This document shows positions 1 through 12,720 of a stretch of DNA of 64,000 nucleotides, one piece after another. Below the pieces are notes generated by a model. That model had not been told where the DNA came from. It saw only the letters and a list, made by a program, of their open reading frames with translations, and ran no database searches. The position numbers and the translations under genes are program-made. Every line of letters begins with the position of its first letter. Position 1 is the first letter of the stretch. The stretch comes from Podarcis filfolensis. Taxonomy: Eukaryota. The stretch is from the NCBI GenBank assembly GCA_964270895.1, contig OZ185439.1, one strand, 5' to 3'.

Positions 1-440
1 CTGCCCTAGGAGCACGACTGGTGCTAAAGCGCTGTTGTCATTTTGGCGTCAGGTGAAATTTCAATATTTCCCCAGCCTCTTTTTTGGGAGTGGGGAGTCA
101 GAAGTTCTGTCACTTCTGCAACTGAAGAGACTGTAGCACCATGGCCGTTTCCCCCCTAATAAGCTCCATTTATATATGTTTTTATAAATTGTGCTGCATT
201 GTTTTTATTCTGCTGTAACCCACCCTGGGATCACATGATGAAGGGTGGATTAGATGTTCTCCTATACTGTAAATTAATGAATGAATAGCTCAATATAGTG
301 AGGCAGGCTCTAGTATCTCATGGATCTTGCCTGTAGGAAATATTTCTTAATTTGAACCAAGGAATTATTAGCTGGTGGCACTGTACGACAATCACTACTC
401 AAGCACCAAATAAGCCCTATGAAAAGTAAAGCCTGCTCAC

Positions 441-3400
441 CCAGCAGCGCTGTGCAGAGTTCTGTATCCACACGTCCATCCTCAGTCAAGGCTCCAAACA
501 CCAACCCATCAGCCCCATGTTGCTTGGCAAGTCGGATGTCTGCCTTCATCACCTCCACTTCTCGGTCAGAATAGAGGAAATCCCCCCCACGGGGGCGGAT
601 CATCACAAATACAGGCACCCTTGTACACTGCTTGACCACTTGCAAAAGGCCTGCAGACAAACATGTTTGGGACATGGTGTCAGTTATGTACTGGATTGTT
701 CTATGAGATGGACAAGAAGTGAAACCTAGAACATGGTACGGAGGAACTTAGGAACATAGCAAGATGCCTTATACAAAGAGAGAACACTGAGCCATCTAGC
801 TCAGTTCTGCCTATGTCTGGAGTAGCCAACAAGATGCCTTCCAGATGTTGGTGAACCACAACTCCAATCAACTGACCACTGACCGTTTAGGCTGAGGCGA
901 GTTGGAGTCCAACAACACCTGGAAAGCCACACGTTCCCCATCCCAGAGCTAGACCATCAGCACTGGGTCTAAGAGAAGCAAGGGAGAAGAAAACAGGGCA
1001 GATGTCAAACCCTTTTTGCAGAATTTAGGAGAAGGGGCTGCTGAAGAAAGGAAGGTGAAATAGGGTGATTAAATAACAGCCTGTCTTGCAAAAAGCCCAG
1101 GAGGTGCTGATGACACAGAAGAACACAAAAAGAGCAAGCAGAACAACAGGTATTTTCTTTCTGTTCCAGGAGCAGAGGGCCTAGAGGGCAGAGGTCCAAA
1201 CATTTCTCCACATTGCTTGGCTGCTCAGTACTGCTACATCTTGCAGGGAAATGGTGGATTAGATCTTGGCTTGTATGTGCCAACTCACCTATAGTAGGTG
1301 TTGTTCCTCCTTCCATGAGGTTGGCACACAGTTCAAGGCGGCCAGCACCTGCAACAGGGTCACACATTAAACCTCTGAATATAAGTGGTTTGCAAGATTT
1401 TAACAGAGATCTACATTATGAAGAAACCATGTGGGGGTGCTGTTTGTTTGTAAGTAGCAACTAACAAATTTAAGTAATAAATAAAATAAACCAGTGGGTA
1501 GGAGCGCTGGAAATTTTCGAGCCAAGAGTGAGATTGGTCACCTGTATTTAGCTTATCCACATAGACTTCAACCCCTACTCAGGCAGTAACTAAGAAAATC
1601 AATTAATAGGTGATTTGAGTATCTCAGCCCATGTTTTATAATGCACTGCAGCAAAACAGAGCAGGAAAACTTAAGTAGTTAAGGCAGCTGAAGACAAGGC
1701 AAGCTGACATTTGTTCATTTAAATTTGCAGTTTGCCCTACTCTCAAAGGCTAGAGTAATTGGGTTGCAGGCAATTAAAATATATAAATGCATATCCTGAA
1801 TCTATGTGTCCCCAACCTAGATCAGAACTTTGGAAGTCTTTACTTATTGACCAGTTTATAACATTTAATATCCTACCTTTCAAGCCTAAAAGGGTTCATA
1901 AAACAGTTTCACACTGCTTGGGGAAGTAAGTGTGCCTCTCTTTTCAATACATATAGCATGTGTACCCAGAGGTGTCCTGGCCTAGAAAGACCCCTCAATG
2001 ATCCTTAAGTATTTTCATCTTCCATCTTTTTTATGGGATTACCTCCTCTCTCTGCATTCACAGCAGACTCCACAGAATCAACACATACTTCCATGAGAAA
2101 GCCATTGGCCATTCCTAGAAGAAAAACACAACCAGAGGTTATGGGGCAATCAGGCTCTGTCTCAGAGAAAAGTGACAGACAGTGATTGAGAGAGGCGATT
2201 CCTTCCACCTCAAGCTCCAGCGCTTGTTTTGTCTTTTAACTGGCTTCTTTCATCTTGCTCACCCAAGCACACCCAGCTCTCAGAAATAGAAGCTTCATAG
2301 ATTCCCCATCACCAGTAACCTTACAAAGCCTTAACCCGTCAGCAGCTGCTTTAAAGGGTACACACAATAAGAACAGAAAACTTGTATCACCATGCGAATT
2401 TAAAGAAGAAATCAAGCTTGATTTGTATCAGCTCAAAACAGGTACAGAAAAAACACATGGGAAGTTGAACGCTACTTTTGCTGTAACTCTTGATCCCCTT
2501 GCCTTCTTGCTCTCCCTGGATCTTGTTCTCTGTGTTGCATTGTCTGAACAGATCTGTCTATCTGTCTATGTATTTATATGTTTGTTTATTTATTACCAAA
2601 TAAGTCACTTTTCAGCCTGGTCTCCCAGAGTAGTATACAAAATTAAACAAAGAATACCAAATAATTAACAAAAAAGCAACTGTGAAAGTGGCACATACAA
2701 AAATCAGTAGACTAAAAACCTGAAAATTCTAAAATATTTTAAAAGACCTGTGCAATTAAAAAATGTTTATCTGGCACCAAAAAAAAATCAGCACTAGGTG
2801 AACCTTCCAATGGAGAGAATTATAAACATCCGCTATCCCAACTCTTCATCAGCTTCATTACTTACAGGGGCACAGGAGAAATTAATACACTGGCAAGTTT
2901 ATTCAGTAGGTGGTCCTTAATGTAACTGCATCATTAAAAGAGACTCTTGAACCTGATTTCTGCAGATTAGCACAAATCTAAAGTGGAATAAGGGTTTGAA
3001 GGGGGGGCTCCAATTTGGAGGATTCAAGGATGGGTCACAGCTCAGCAGTAGTGCCTTGTATTCAGAAGGCCGCAGGTTCAATTCCCAGTAAGTCCAAGTA
3101 GGGCTAGGTTGTTCCATTTGAAACCCTGGAGAACTGCTGTCAAGACAGTGCAAACAATACTGAACTAGATGGCTCTATGGTCTGACTCACTTTAAAGTAG
3201 CGTTCTACATTCCGAATAAAGTCTGTGCTAGTGATCCAGATTTTTCCTCCTTTCAGAATACTAAACTGAGTAGGGCTGACTTCCCTTCCACCTTTCTCCA
3301 GATATTTCAGAGGATTCAGGTTCTCCAGCAGGAAGATGAAGTTGGGATGTGTGGGAACAGCTGACAGCAAGGCCAGCCTGTAACCTGCGGAGTCTCCCTT

Positions 3401-4106
3401 AGGCAAATGCAGAACTAAACTCCAACAACAGATGGAACTTTGGCCAGTAACATAGTGCATTAAATGTGCATTCTGTAGTTGACCTCCTTTTGTAATGTTT
3501 TGTTTTGAAATCTTTTAAGGTAATGTTTTAGTTTCCTATTAACTATGTCGCTTTGAAGGTACACTTTATATTTGACTTTATTCCGTAATGTTTTATTCAG
3601 GATTGCTTTAATTGATGCTTCAATGTAGCTTGTAAAGCACTTTGACTCCCCCCCCTTAAAAATATAGAAAATAAATAAGCAAGCAAGCAAGCCCCACTGA
3701 GTGCAGGCAAGATTGCAGTCCTCAGGCCTACAGCTACAACCCTGCAGACGCTCACCTGAGAATAAGGACCCCTTTGGGCTCAATGGCGTTTTACGCCTTA
3801 AACACATAAAGGCCTGATCTGTAAAAATGCCAATAAAATCTATCCCACTTGGTTTTGCTGAATGCACATAGCGGCCGTGAGTGTGCACAGGGCACCCCCC
3901 CCCCCGCCAGAACAACAGCATTAAAATTTCCGGCTCCTCTTGCATCTGTGGAGGGGGAAAGGGAGGCCTTGAAGCCACCCGGATTTCCGGCCCCGGCCCC
4001 ACCCTCGGGATTCCTCGGGATCCCTGGCGCTTCCTTCCGGCCGTCCCTCCGCCCACTCACCCTCACACCCTTCTGCCAGGCCCTGCTTCCGGTCCCATCT
4101 CCTCAT
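441..4106 (-). CDS. CUTC: Copper homeostasis protein cutC homolog, first 4 coding exons (3' part lies beyond the left edge)
   Basis: Exons complement(4061..4106, 2043..2114, 1289..1348, 441..650), all GT-AG and phase-compatible. Translation MRRWDRKQGLAEGCEG-MANGFLMEVCVDSVESAVNAERGG-AGRLELCANLMEGGTTPTIG-LLQVVKQCTRVPVFVMIRPRGGDFLYSDREVEVMKADIRLAK matches CutC. Exons 2-4 are firm. Exon 1 is inferred from ATG, a G|GTGAGT donor and phase 1. Confidence 0.93.
3030..3213 (+). mobile_element. tRNA-derived SINE (degenerate)
   Basis: A-box-like CAGCTCAG, B box GGTTCAATTCCC at 3075-3086, then the body gaaaccctggagaactgct..ctagatgg..ggtctgactca common in squamate genomes. Confidence 0.7.
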
Positions 4107-4365
4107 TCCGCCTCGGGGCCGCTCCGGAGGCGCGGCGGATGTCGGCAGTTCTGCGCCAAACCACCCCTGAGCTGAGGAGGAAGCCCCGCCCACCCCTGGG
4201 GCCTCCGCTCCCGCGCGGCGGCGGCGCACACGCGAGAGGAGGCGCCGTCCTACCTGTCACGTGGCGTCGCGGTCACCGAGTGCGCGGTCGCGGCGTTTCC
4301 GGAAATAGCTCGGATTCCTTTCCGTGTCAAGAGCGAGTCGCTTCCGGGTTGCAGCTTGAGGAGCG
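4107..4365. promoter_or_regulatory. Bidirectional CpG-island promoter shared by CUTC and COX15
   Basis: 259 bp between divergent ATGs; CpG-rich from about 3860 to 4500; E-box GTCACGTGG at 4256-4264; ETS/GABP-like TTTCCGGAAA near 4297-4306 and CTTCCGG at 4341. Confidence 0.8.
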
Positions 4366-7300
4366 ATGCTCTTGCGGGCGGCACTAAGAGGGTCCCGGCT
4401 GCTGCTGGCCCCACGAGGAACGGGGTCCCCCGGCCAGGTACTCCAGGGGCGGCGCTTGGTTTCCATAGCAAAGATTCTATCACGCTCGCTAAGAGACGCT
4501 GCTGGGGAAAATGCCAGGAGTTTCCGCCTTTATGTATCCTTTGCGCTGTGGGAGGTGCTAATCAATGCTACCTCATTTCCACGTGGGGAACTCTAATTAT
4601 GGGTGGATATTCAAGAAAACTACAGACTCTATTGTCTGCACCTGTCACAACCAGACACGTTAAAGGGAGCAGACTGAAAACTTGTTTCTCTAGGAGTTTC
4701 GGTGACTGCCAAAATATTTCACTTGTATACCTACAGTAAGCCCTCAACCTATGTGGGTTACATTCTGGGAATCATGCCGAAATCATAATTCACAGATAGT
4801 CAAAACATATTAGGTTCAATGGCAGTTGGGATTGCCAAAGTCTTTTTCCTTGGACGCTTGGTCTCTTTTTAATTATTTTTTTAATTGCCAAGCGTGTATA
4901 GTTAAATGTGCACCAGTTAAATGTGTAAGTTGCAGGCTTTCTCTCTCTTTATATATAACTTTAACAAGAGGTATAATGTTTCATAGGATTTTTTTTAAAA
5001 GGTTCTATACCATGAACTACTGTGGTCCCACCTAGATGAAGAGTAGTGTATACGTGTTTTAAACAAATAAAATAACAATTATGAATATAACATCACATTT
5101 TATTACATGGACACAGGCCCTGTAAAAACATGAACACTTTCCCCTCCATATGCTTTCAGCGTTTTAATAACATATGAAAACCTGCTAATGGTGGCCAGCC
5201 AAATGCTTCTGCATATTCCACAAGCAGGACGCATATGAACATATTGAAAATAAAAATAAGTTTTGCTGAGCATCTCAGTGAATTCCTGTTGTCCAGTTTT
5301 TCTGTGCTTGCACCATTGATGATCTGGTCCTTTATCCTTGTCCTTGCATTTTGTGGAATAATGTCTGGCACTGAATACAACCTTTCTGATGTAGTGAACA
5401 CAGGTGTGAACTCTTTACAGTAAAGAGAGTTCATTCATCTTGAGTAATTCTCCTCTTCCATATCATGAATTGCAAATGTATGTTTAGTGGGGTGGCATAA
5501 TTATAAACAGCCTCCTCACTACCTTCTCTGTCCTCAGCAATGTCAACGGTGGTGGCAGCTCCCACAGAGACGGTCACAACACAGCGTAGTGTCAGAAGTT
5601 GCTTCCCATCCCAGAGTGGTGGTACCACCTGTCCCCAATGCTGTGACCAACCGGGCTGTAGGGCGCTGGCTTCTAATATGCAGTGGGACTGTGGCCGGAG
5701 CTGTGGTGTTGGGTGGAGTCACTAGGTAAGGAAAATTAGCACCTCCTCTTCAAGCCTCTACTATATTTTATTTACCCTTGACACCATGGTTCTCCAACTG
5801 TCATAGATTGTATCTTTCTGCAACCAGCAGAGATCTTCCTAGGTGCATTGCTTCCTCTTGGTCATGCCAGTGTGTGGGCCTAAACTAACTTCTGGTATCT
5901 CTCTGCCCTTTGAATGCCTGTGTCTACCCTTATTTTATAAATGCATTGTAGATAAACAATGCAGGCCGTAAAAGAAAGGTGGGATTAAAGGGTAACAAAC
6001 AAATATGTTTTGTACTTACTGTCATAACAACCTTTTGAGGTATGGTAGTTAATTTAGACTATTTCAGAATTTAAAAGGTGTGATTACATATATATTTGCA
6101 TCGAATTGATGACCGGTATGTTTTGTGTGTAGTCAGACTTTGCATCTGCATTGCCCCCAGTGTCTAAATTTTCCCATTGTGTCTTCATTCTGCTTTTCTA
6201 GATAGATGGATACACATGCACACACCATTATATCCCACATTGATAGCACCTTCCCTCAGTGGTATGTCATTGCTGTTCTTTCCTTTTCAGGCTGACAGAG
6301 TCTGGGCTTTCAATGGTTGACTGGCATCTCGTGCGGGAGATGAAGCCTCCTCAGACACAGCAGGAGTGGGAAGCAGAATTCCAAAACTACCAGCAATTCC
6401 CAGAATTTAAAATGTAGGCATGGGTTGAGCTAAAGTTCCTAGAGACTAAATTTAAATTGGTGGTGGTGGGGGAAGCCTAGTCTACTATCCCAGCAAAAGG
6501 GAAATGAGAAAAAAAGAGTATATTGAATGCTACTTCTTGATAGAACTTGTCAAGGAAAGAGGGGAATGGGCAACTACACCTTACTGCAGGGTGTGTTGTT
6601 GTTTTATAAACCTTCTCTCTGAATCTTAACAGCCTGAACCACAACATGACACTGACAGAGTTCAAATTCATCTGGTACATGGAGTATTCACACCGAATGT
6701 GGGGACGGCTTGTTGGACTGGCTTACATCCTTCCAGCAGCTTACTTCTGGAGGAAGGGTTACCTCAACCGGTCCCTGAAGGGTCGTGTCGTTGCCCTCTG
6801 TGGACTTGTCTGCTTCCAGGTGGGAAAGATCACTGGGACCTTGAAATTGTTAAATGAATCATTAAATTACTCTGCCCAAGATAACTGAGATAGAACATGA
6901 AAGGCATTGATCCTTTGCACGCTCCAGGAACTGATTTGTATGTGATCTTAGGTCTCTGGTGCACAGAAGCCCAGCAGAAGCTTCAGATCATGGTGCTTGG
7001 AGTGTTGTTAGATCTTAGTTTCTTGGAAGAGAATGTACATGATATTGGCAGGAGTAAAAGTGGTCTTAGTTTCATGCCTCTATGGTACTTTTTCTTTGTT
7101 TTGGCAGGGCCTATTGGGCTGGTATATGGTAAAAAGTGGATTAGAGGAAAAGCCAGACTCTCATGATATCCCACGGGTCAGTCAGTACCGTCTAGCCGCA
7201 CACCTGGGCTCTGCACTTGTTCTTTACTGCTACAGCCTGTGGACTGGACTCTCATTACTGCTGCCGCAGCACAAGGTAAGCAAAAAGTGAGGCAGACCGG

Positions 7301-9970
7301 GGTCATGTATTGAGTCCCAGTTGGGCCAAGAAAGCCTGTACACCAATTGCACTTTTGGAGGGAGGCACACTGCCACTGTGCAGACCAAACTGCCACTGTA
7401 TCCTATATGTGCTCAGCCTAGAAGAGGAAAATTACAAATCTTGGGAAATGTCAAAGAGATAACATTCCTGGAAACACCACCAAAGCTTACCAATCAAGAA
7501 CTCTGTTAGCACTGACACTCCGATGCATAGAGGGAGCCAATGAACCTGCAGTGGGAGGCACACACTCCTGCATCACATGCAAAACTAGCGCCTGTTGCCA
7601 ATTCTCAGGCAACCCTTCAAATCCCTTTATGGTGATCACAGCCACTGCTTCGGAGCATCACACGAAAAGGGAAGAAAGGAGAGCCCACACAACACTGCAC
7701 CCTCATAGTTCACTTGGTAGGATGGCCTCTTAAGAGGGTAGTTATTTAAGAACGCATAGCAAGAGAAATGCAGACTGAGAAGAATTCAGCCTGGGATGAG
7801 CTATTTCGTTTCTTGCAGTGCAGTCTGCCACAGCTTCCCCAGTTCTAGCAAGCCGCATCCCTGCCACAGAAGATATTGCCATGCACTTTTGCCCTACATA
7901 TCCAGGCAGTAGATGTTTCTGGGGCCTGTGAATCTGGTCTTGGGTATGGTGACTTGACAGTAGGATTAAATCAAGCATGCAGATGCTATCTGACTGCTTC
8001 CAAGAACGCCTAGTAATTTCTATAAAATTTGGTAGATTTGGATTCATAGATATACCGGTAATTGGATGTAAGCCATGTCCACTAAGGACCGTGTGGCATA
8101 ACAGCTGAGTAAGAAGAGAAGAAGTCCTTGCTGCCTTAGCCACTGAGAGTGAAATAAATACGTTCCTTTTCGGTCAGGAGTCTTACTGGAAATGTGTGTT
8201 TATGCTGAGCCTATGGAACACTAGTTTCCTTTGCACATACTCCCTTTAGAATATATAAAAAGGCCATTGCATATTCTTGTGATCCTCCTCCTGTTTTGAC
8301 AGTTACCAGAAACCCGTCAACTCCTGCGCCTTAGAAGGTTTGCTCATGGAACATCAGGCCTGATCTTTCTCACTGCCCTCTCAGGTAAAAGTCCCTGTCA
8401 CTTTTGCACCAATCTCTTTCTTTTGAGAAGCAATAGACAGCATGGTCATGGATGTGTGTGTCTTGCTTCATTTCCCATTGGGAGGGTCTAGACTTTTTCA
8501 ATACCAAGTTACTGAAATGCTTCCTCTTCATGATGGTCAGACAACATCACTGGGAACTATTTTGTGGCCTTGAGGGAAGGACCTAAAACTCTCACAGTGG
8601 TGGTTTTTAGGTGGCTTGTTCTATTACATTCATACTTCCAGGTGTGACAGACTCTCTTCTCTGGAACTCTAGGGGCATTTGTGGCAGGACTGGATGCTGG
8701 TCTTGTATACAATTCATTTCCCAAGATGGGGGAACGCTGGATCCCTGATGATCTCCTTGCCTTTTCCCCAAAGTTGAAGAACATATTTGAGAATCCCACA
8801 ACCGTGCAGTTTGATCACAGGATTCTGGTATGTTTCTTCCTCTTTATGCTCTTAGATAACACCTCTTTTTTAATTGGTTTGCTGTTCTTGGGTTTGTGTT
8901 CATTCCAGGTGGCAGTGTAACTGGGAGTGTGGGAATGCAGGCCCCTTAACTCAGAGTAGAGCACTTGTTTGCATGCCTAAAGTACTGGTTTCCATCTCCA
9001 CTGTCTCTAATTAAAGGGTGCAAGTTACAAAAAGGGGGGGGGTTAGTCTAAACATTAAGGAGAACATTATGATGACATGAGTTGTTTGAAAGAGGAGCAG
9101 ACTGCACTAGAAGTGATGGACTCTTTTTCAGAGGCTGGAGGGTCCGGGATGCTGTAGTAGTGAGGTTCCTGCATTGCCTTTCGACTAGATGACTTTTTAA
9201 GATCCCTTCCAACTCCACTTCTAAGCCCTTTGTTGTCATTGCAAAGCTTCTCTGGTTCCCTCACTGGATATTTACTCTTTTCCCTTTAGGGAGTTTCCTC
9301 TGTCGCAGCCATTACAGGTCTGTACCTGTTTTCCAGGAAGATTCCTCTCCCATGGAGGACAAGGATGGCAGTTGCTTCCTTACTGGCTGTGGCATACCTC
9401 CAGGTATTAACTAACTATTTATTTATTTATTTGTTTGTTTGTTTGTTTGTTTGGCTGGCTTTGAAGAACAAAGGGGGGAAATAGAGCTGCAGTCATGCTC
9501 TTCTGTGGAAATATTGCACAGTGCTATGGTCACTGCCCTTCTCTGCCTTCTGGGTTTAAACCGAGAAGGCCAAGTTGGGAACATCAGTGCAGTTTCATTA
9601 GCATTATATCATGAAGCACTATGACAGCTACCTCATCCTGTAGCAGGCTATTTACAGTGGGAGAGAGACAGAACATATAAAAATCCCCATACCAATTGCT
9701 TATGAAGCTTCTTGTGTACAATTCTGTGCTATAAGAATACGATGCAGATGTATTTGCACATACTTCTATATTTCAGGTATACTGGTAAGCAAACTTTGCT
9801 TACGTCTGAAACTTCATTTTATTCTTGCTCCTCTGCAGGTTACCCTAGGCATCAGCACACTTCTCCTGTATGTCCCAACTCCTTTAGCAGCCACTCATCA
9901 ATCAGGTTCCTTGGTATTGCTCAGTGTGGCGTTGTGGCTGGTGCATGAACTGAAGCGGATCCCAAAATAA
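4366..9970 (+). CDS. COX15: Heme A synthase COX15 (406 aa, 9 exons)
   Basis: join(4366..4437, 5538..5725, 6291..6413, 6633..6819, 7108..7275, 8303..8384, 8673..8827, 9290..9403, 9839..9970) = 1221 nt, all GT-AG. Arg-rich mitochondrial presequence; heme-A-synthase His motifs [35 protein letters not shown] at 10475-10480. Confidence 0.97.
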
Positions 9971-11829
9971 CGCTGCTTCCCTATTTAGCCAGCCTCTTTG
10001 CTAGTGCTGAAGGTTCACGGTTGCTGTTGCTGCCTTTGCCCCACGTGTTGTATGCTCCTCTTCCTGAAAGCCTTAATTTGAACAGAAGGCAAGGCTGAGC
10101 AGCACCTCGACGTCATGAGTTGAAGTGCTTTGTTGCAAAACCTGGTGAACATGAATCACCATCCTTTGCTTAAGGTGTGAGGTTGATAAGGCGGGCTCTG
10201 GCAAGAATGATGGTTGTTTGAGGTGTGTCTTGCTTCCTGCTGAGCTGTCTGTATGAGGCTACAGCCATGAGCCTTTTACATTCTGTGTAGGCTGGATATA
10301 GAGAATGGATTATGGGGTGAAGGCATTTCAAAACTGTATTGTAAGGGTGATGGGTGGCATAGTTTGTGGATTTTCTTTAGCAGAATGGGGTTTGAGTGCA
10401 GTTTTTTGCATTAGAATATTGAAATGTGCACTGTAATTTAACCATGCAGAAGACCCACAGTCCTTTCCTTATTTAATAAAAAAAGTTTCTCAATATTTCT
10501 CAGTATCTCAGTATTTTAAAACTGACTGTTCTTACAATGTTCCTATGCAATGTACCTTCATAAGAAACTCTGCTGCAGCAAACCAAAGGCCCCATCAAGT
10601 CCATCATCTTGTTCTCAGTGGCCAACCAGATGCCTGTGCAGCTTTCAAGCAGGCACATGAGTGGGTTGATTAGGAACATGTTTCATTAACATCAATATCC
10701 ACAAAGGATTTTTTCTGGGGAGGGTAGGGGGAGAGTAAATGCTGCAAATGACTAAATAAGCATAACTAGCAGCAGAGAACATATCTAACAATTCTGGTGG
10801 ATCAGGTGACTTCCTAGACTTGGGTAGACCCCTGAGAAACTTGTATTACACATTTATCCCTTTCCTTCTCAGTGGGTTGACCTGCTACAATGGGTAGATG
10901 GCTTTTCACTCATTGCTGAAGCCCTGAATTCTTTCCTGGGCAGTGCTGCTACACTCAACTTCACAGTCTCCCACTTTGCTTCATTTCCCTAAAAAGCCCT
11001 ATCATGTACCCTACAATTCAGAGTTGTACTACACTACTGCAGTTCCCTACCGCTGCCTCTCGGCAAAATGAGCCTAACATGAAATCAGCCCCAGCCCAGC
11101 CTGCTTCAATATTGGTATAATTATGGCAGGTTGGCAGCAGAGTATCTTTTAAAGTGTTTGCAGATGTGGGGGGGGGGTTGCTATGAAATGTGACTTTGAA
11201 AGATGATGGGCTACTTACTGTCTTTGCTGCTACATTTTTCTTTTATACATTACTTGCCAGTATTGGATGCCTGAATTGTTTTCAGTGGGGTAGCATTCAC
11301 TTCACCAGCAGTGAAGACCGGCATGAAAGGCTTTAAACCAAACCCAAGAGCGGAGACACAGGTGTTTCACTCAAGTATTAAATTGGCTAGATCTAGTTTC
11401 CTTAATGTCATCCATTGCTTCATTCATTAGCTAGAAACCAATGAATGCGCTTAGTGAGAGCCCGGATACTGAGAGGGGATGGGTGTCAGAAGGAGAAGGA
11501 ACTGATACTGGTTTCTATGTATTAGTTATGTTGCAGTAATGCAACATTTTTATACATAACATCATATTCGTAAAATTTTCTGATCAGCTTGTTTTCTGTA
11601 CGCCACTTAGAGGAATTTTTTGTATATTTTAAGTGTTATAGAAATGGCCTAAAATGGATAGAAACCCTGAAAGGTTGGAGGGGTAAGTCTTCTCACAAAA
11701 TAAAGGTGGAGATTGGTGCCTGCACATTTTTGTTCATATCTGGGTCTACAAATTCTATAACCTTTCTGTAGAGCGGGGGGAGGGGGAGGGGGAGAGTAGA
11801 AACCTGTAAATCTGGTGATCATGGCTCAT

Positions 11830-12524
11830 TAGAGGGAGCAACTACCCCAACCCCGGCGGACGCCTATACGATGCCCTTGCCTGCAACGACTCGAGTAAGA
11901 TTCGACCTGCCTTCTCCGCTCCTCGCAATACACCCTCCGAGGCAGCAGGGGGCGGTACGAAGCAGCTCCATTCGGAACCGAGGCTCCAAAATACGGGGTG
12001 GTGAAGGGGGAAAACACCGGGAGGGCGCACGGAGTTCTGATTGGTTGCGGACCGGGCCAGAAGCGAAGGAAGCGACCGGCGGAGAGGCGGAGACTCACCC
12101 TTCTTGCGGTCTCGGCGGCGGCGGCCTCTTGTCCTTCATCCCGTCGGCCGCTCCCAACCTGCCTCGCTATGACGGCGCACAGCTTCGCGCTGCCGATCAT
12201 CCTCTTCTCGGTCTTCTGGGGGCTCGTGGGAATCGCCGGGCCGTGGCTCGTGCCCAAGGGGCCCAACCGCGGGTGAGGCTCCCCGCCCGCGCAGCCTCCG
12301 CCCGCCCGATCCATCGCCAGGTCTCCCGGTCATCGCCATCGCCAAATAGATCAATATATAAATTGTGATCTATAATTGCGAGGGAAGGGTGATGGTGGTC
12401 CCTGCTAAAGGCTTTGAGAATATCTATATCTATATCTAGATAGATGATTGATTGATAATGTGAGAATGACCTATATATCCAAAAAGATCACTATATAGAG
12501 ATATTGATATATTGGGAGATGACA

Positions 12525-12558
<34 letters not shown>

Positions 12559-12720
12559 CCTTTAGCAGGGACCAGCACCCGCTTCCCCCGCAAGTGCGAC
12601 ACTCGCAGGCTTTCCTTCTCCGCAGCCGCCTTTGGCCTTGAAGGAGGCCCGATCCACGGATGCTGTGAACGGGACTCCGCATCGCTTCAGACTGCCAAGT
12701 GGGGGGGAATCACATTTATG
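11830..12720. promoter_or_regulatory. CpG island / promoter of ATP6V0E2
   Basis: High CpG density around exon 1; reverse CCAAT (ATTGG) at 12040-12044; CTCF-like GCAGCAGGGGGCGG at 11942-11955. Confidence 0.7.

Noticed and set aside
3460-4056. 198-aa minus-strand ORF in CUTC intron 1
   Set aside because: Runs from GC-rich into AT-rich intron sequence with no coherent protein signal.
5317-5389. C/D-box snoRNA-like pattern in COX15 intron 1 (TGATGA 5317, CTGA 5371 and 5386)
   Set aside because: Terminal stem is weak, no rRNA/snRNA complement could be recognised, and such short boxes arise by chance. A cmsearch/snoscan hit would be needed.
9777-9784. 8-nt micro-exon-like AG|GTATACTG|GTAAGC in COX15 intron 8
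   Set aside because: It would frameshift, and the downstream intron would be only 54 nt.
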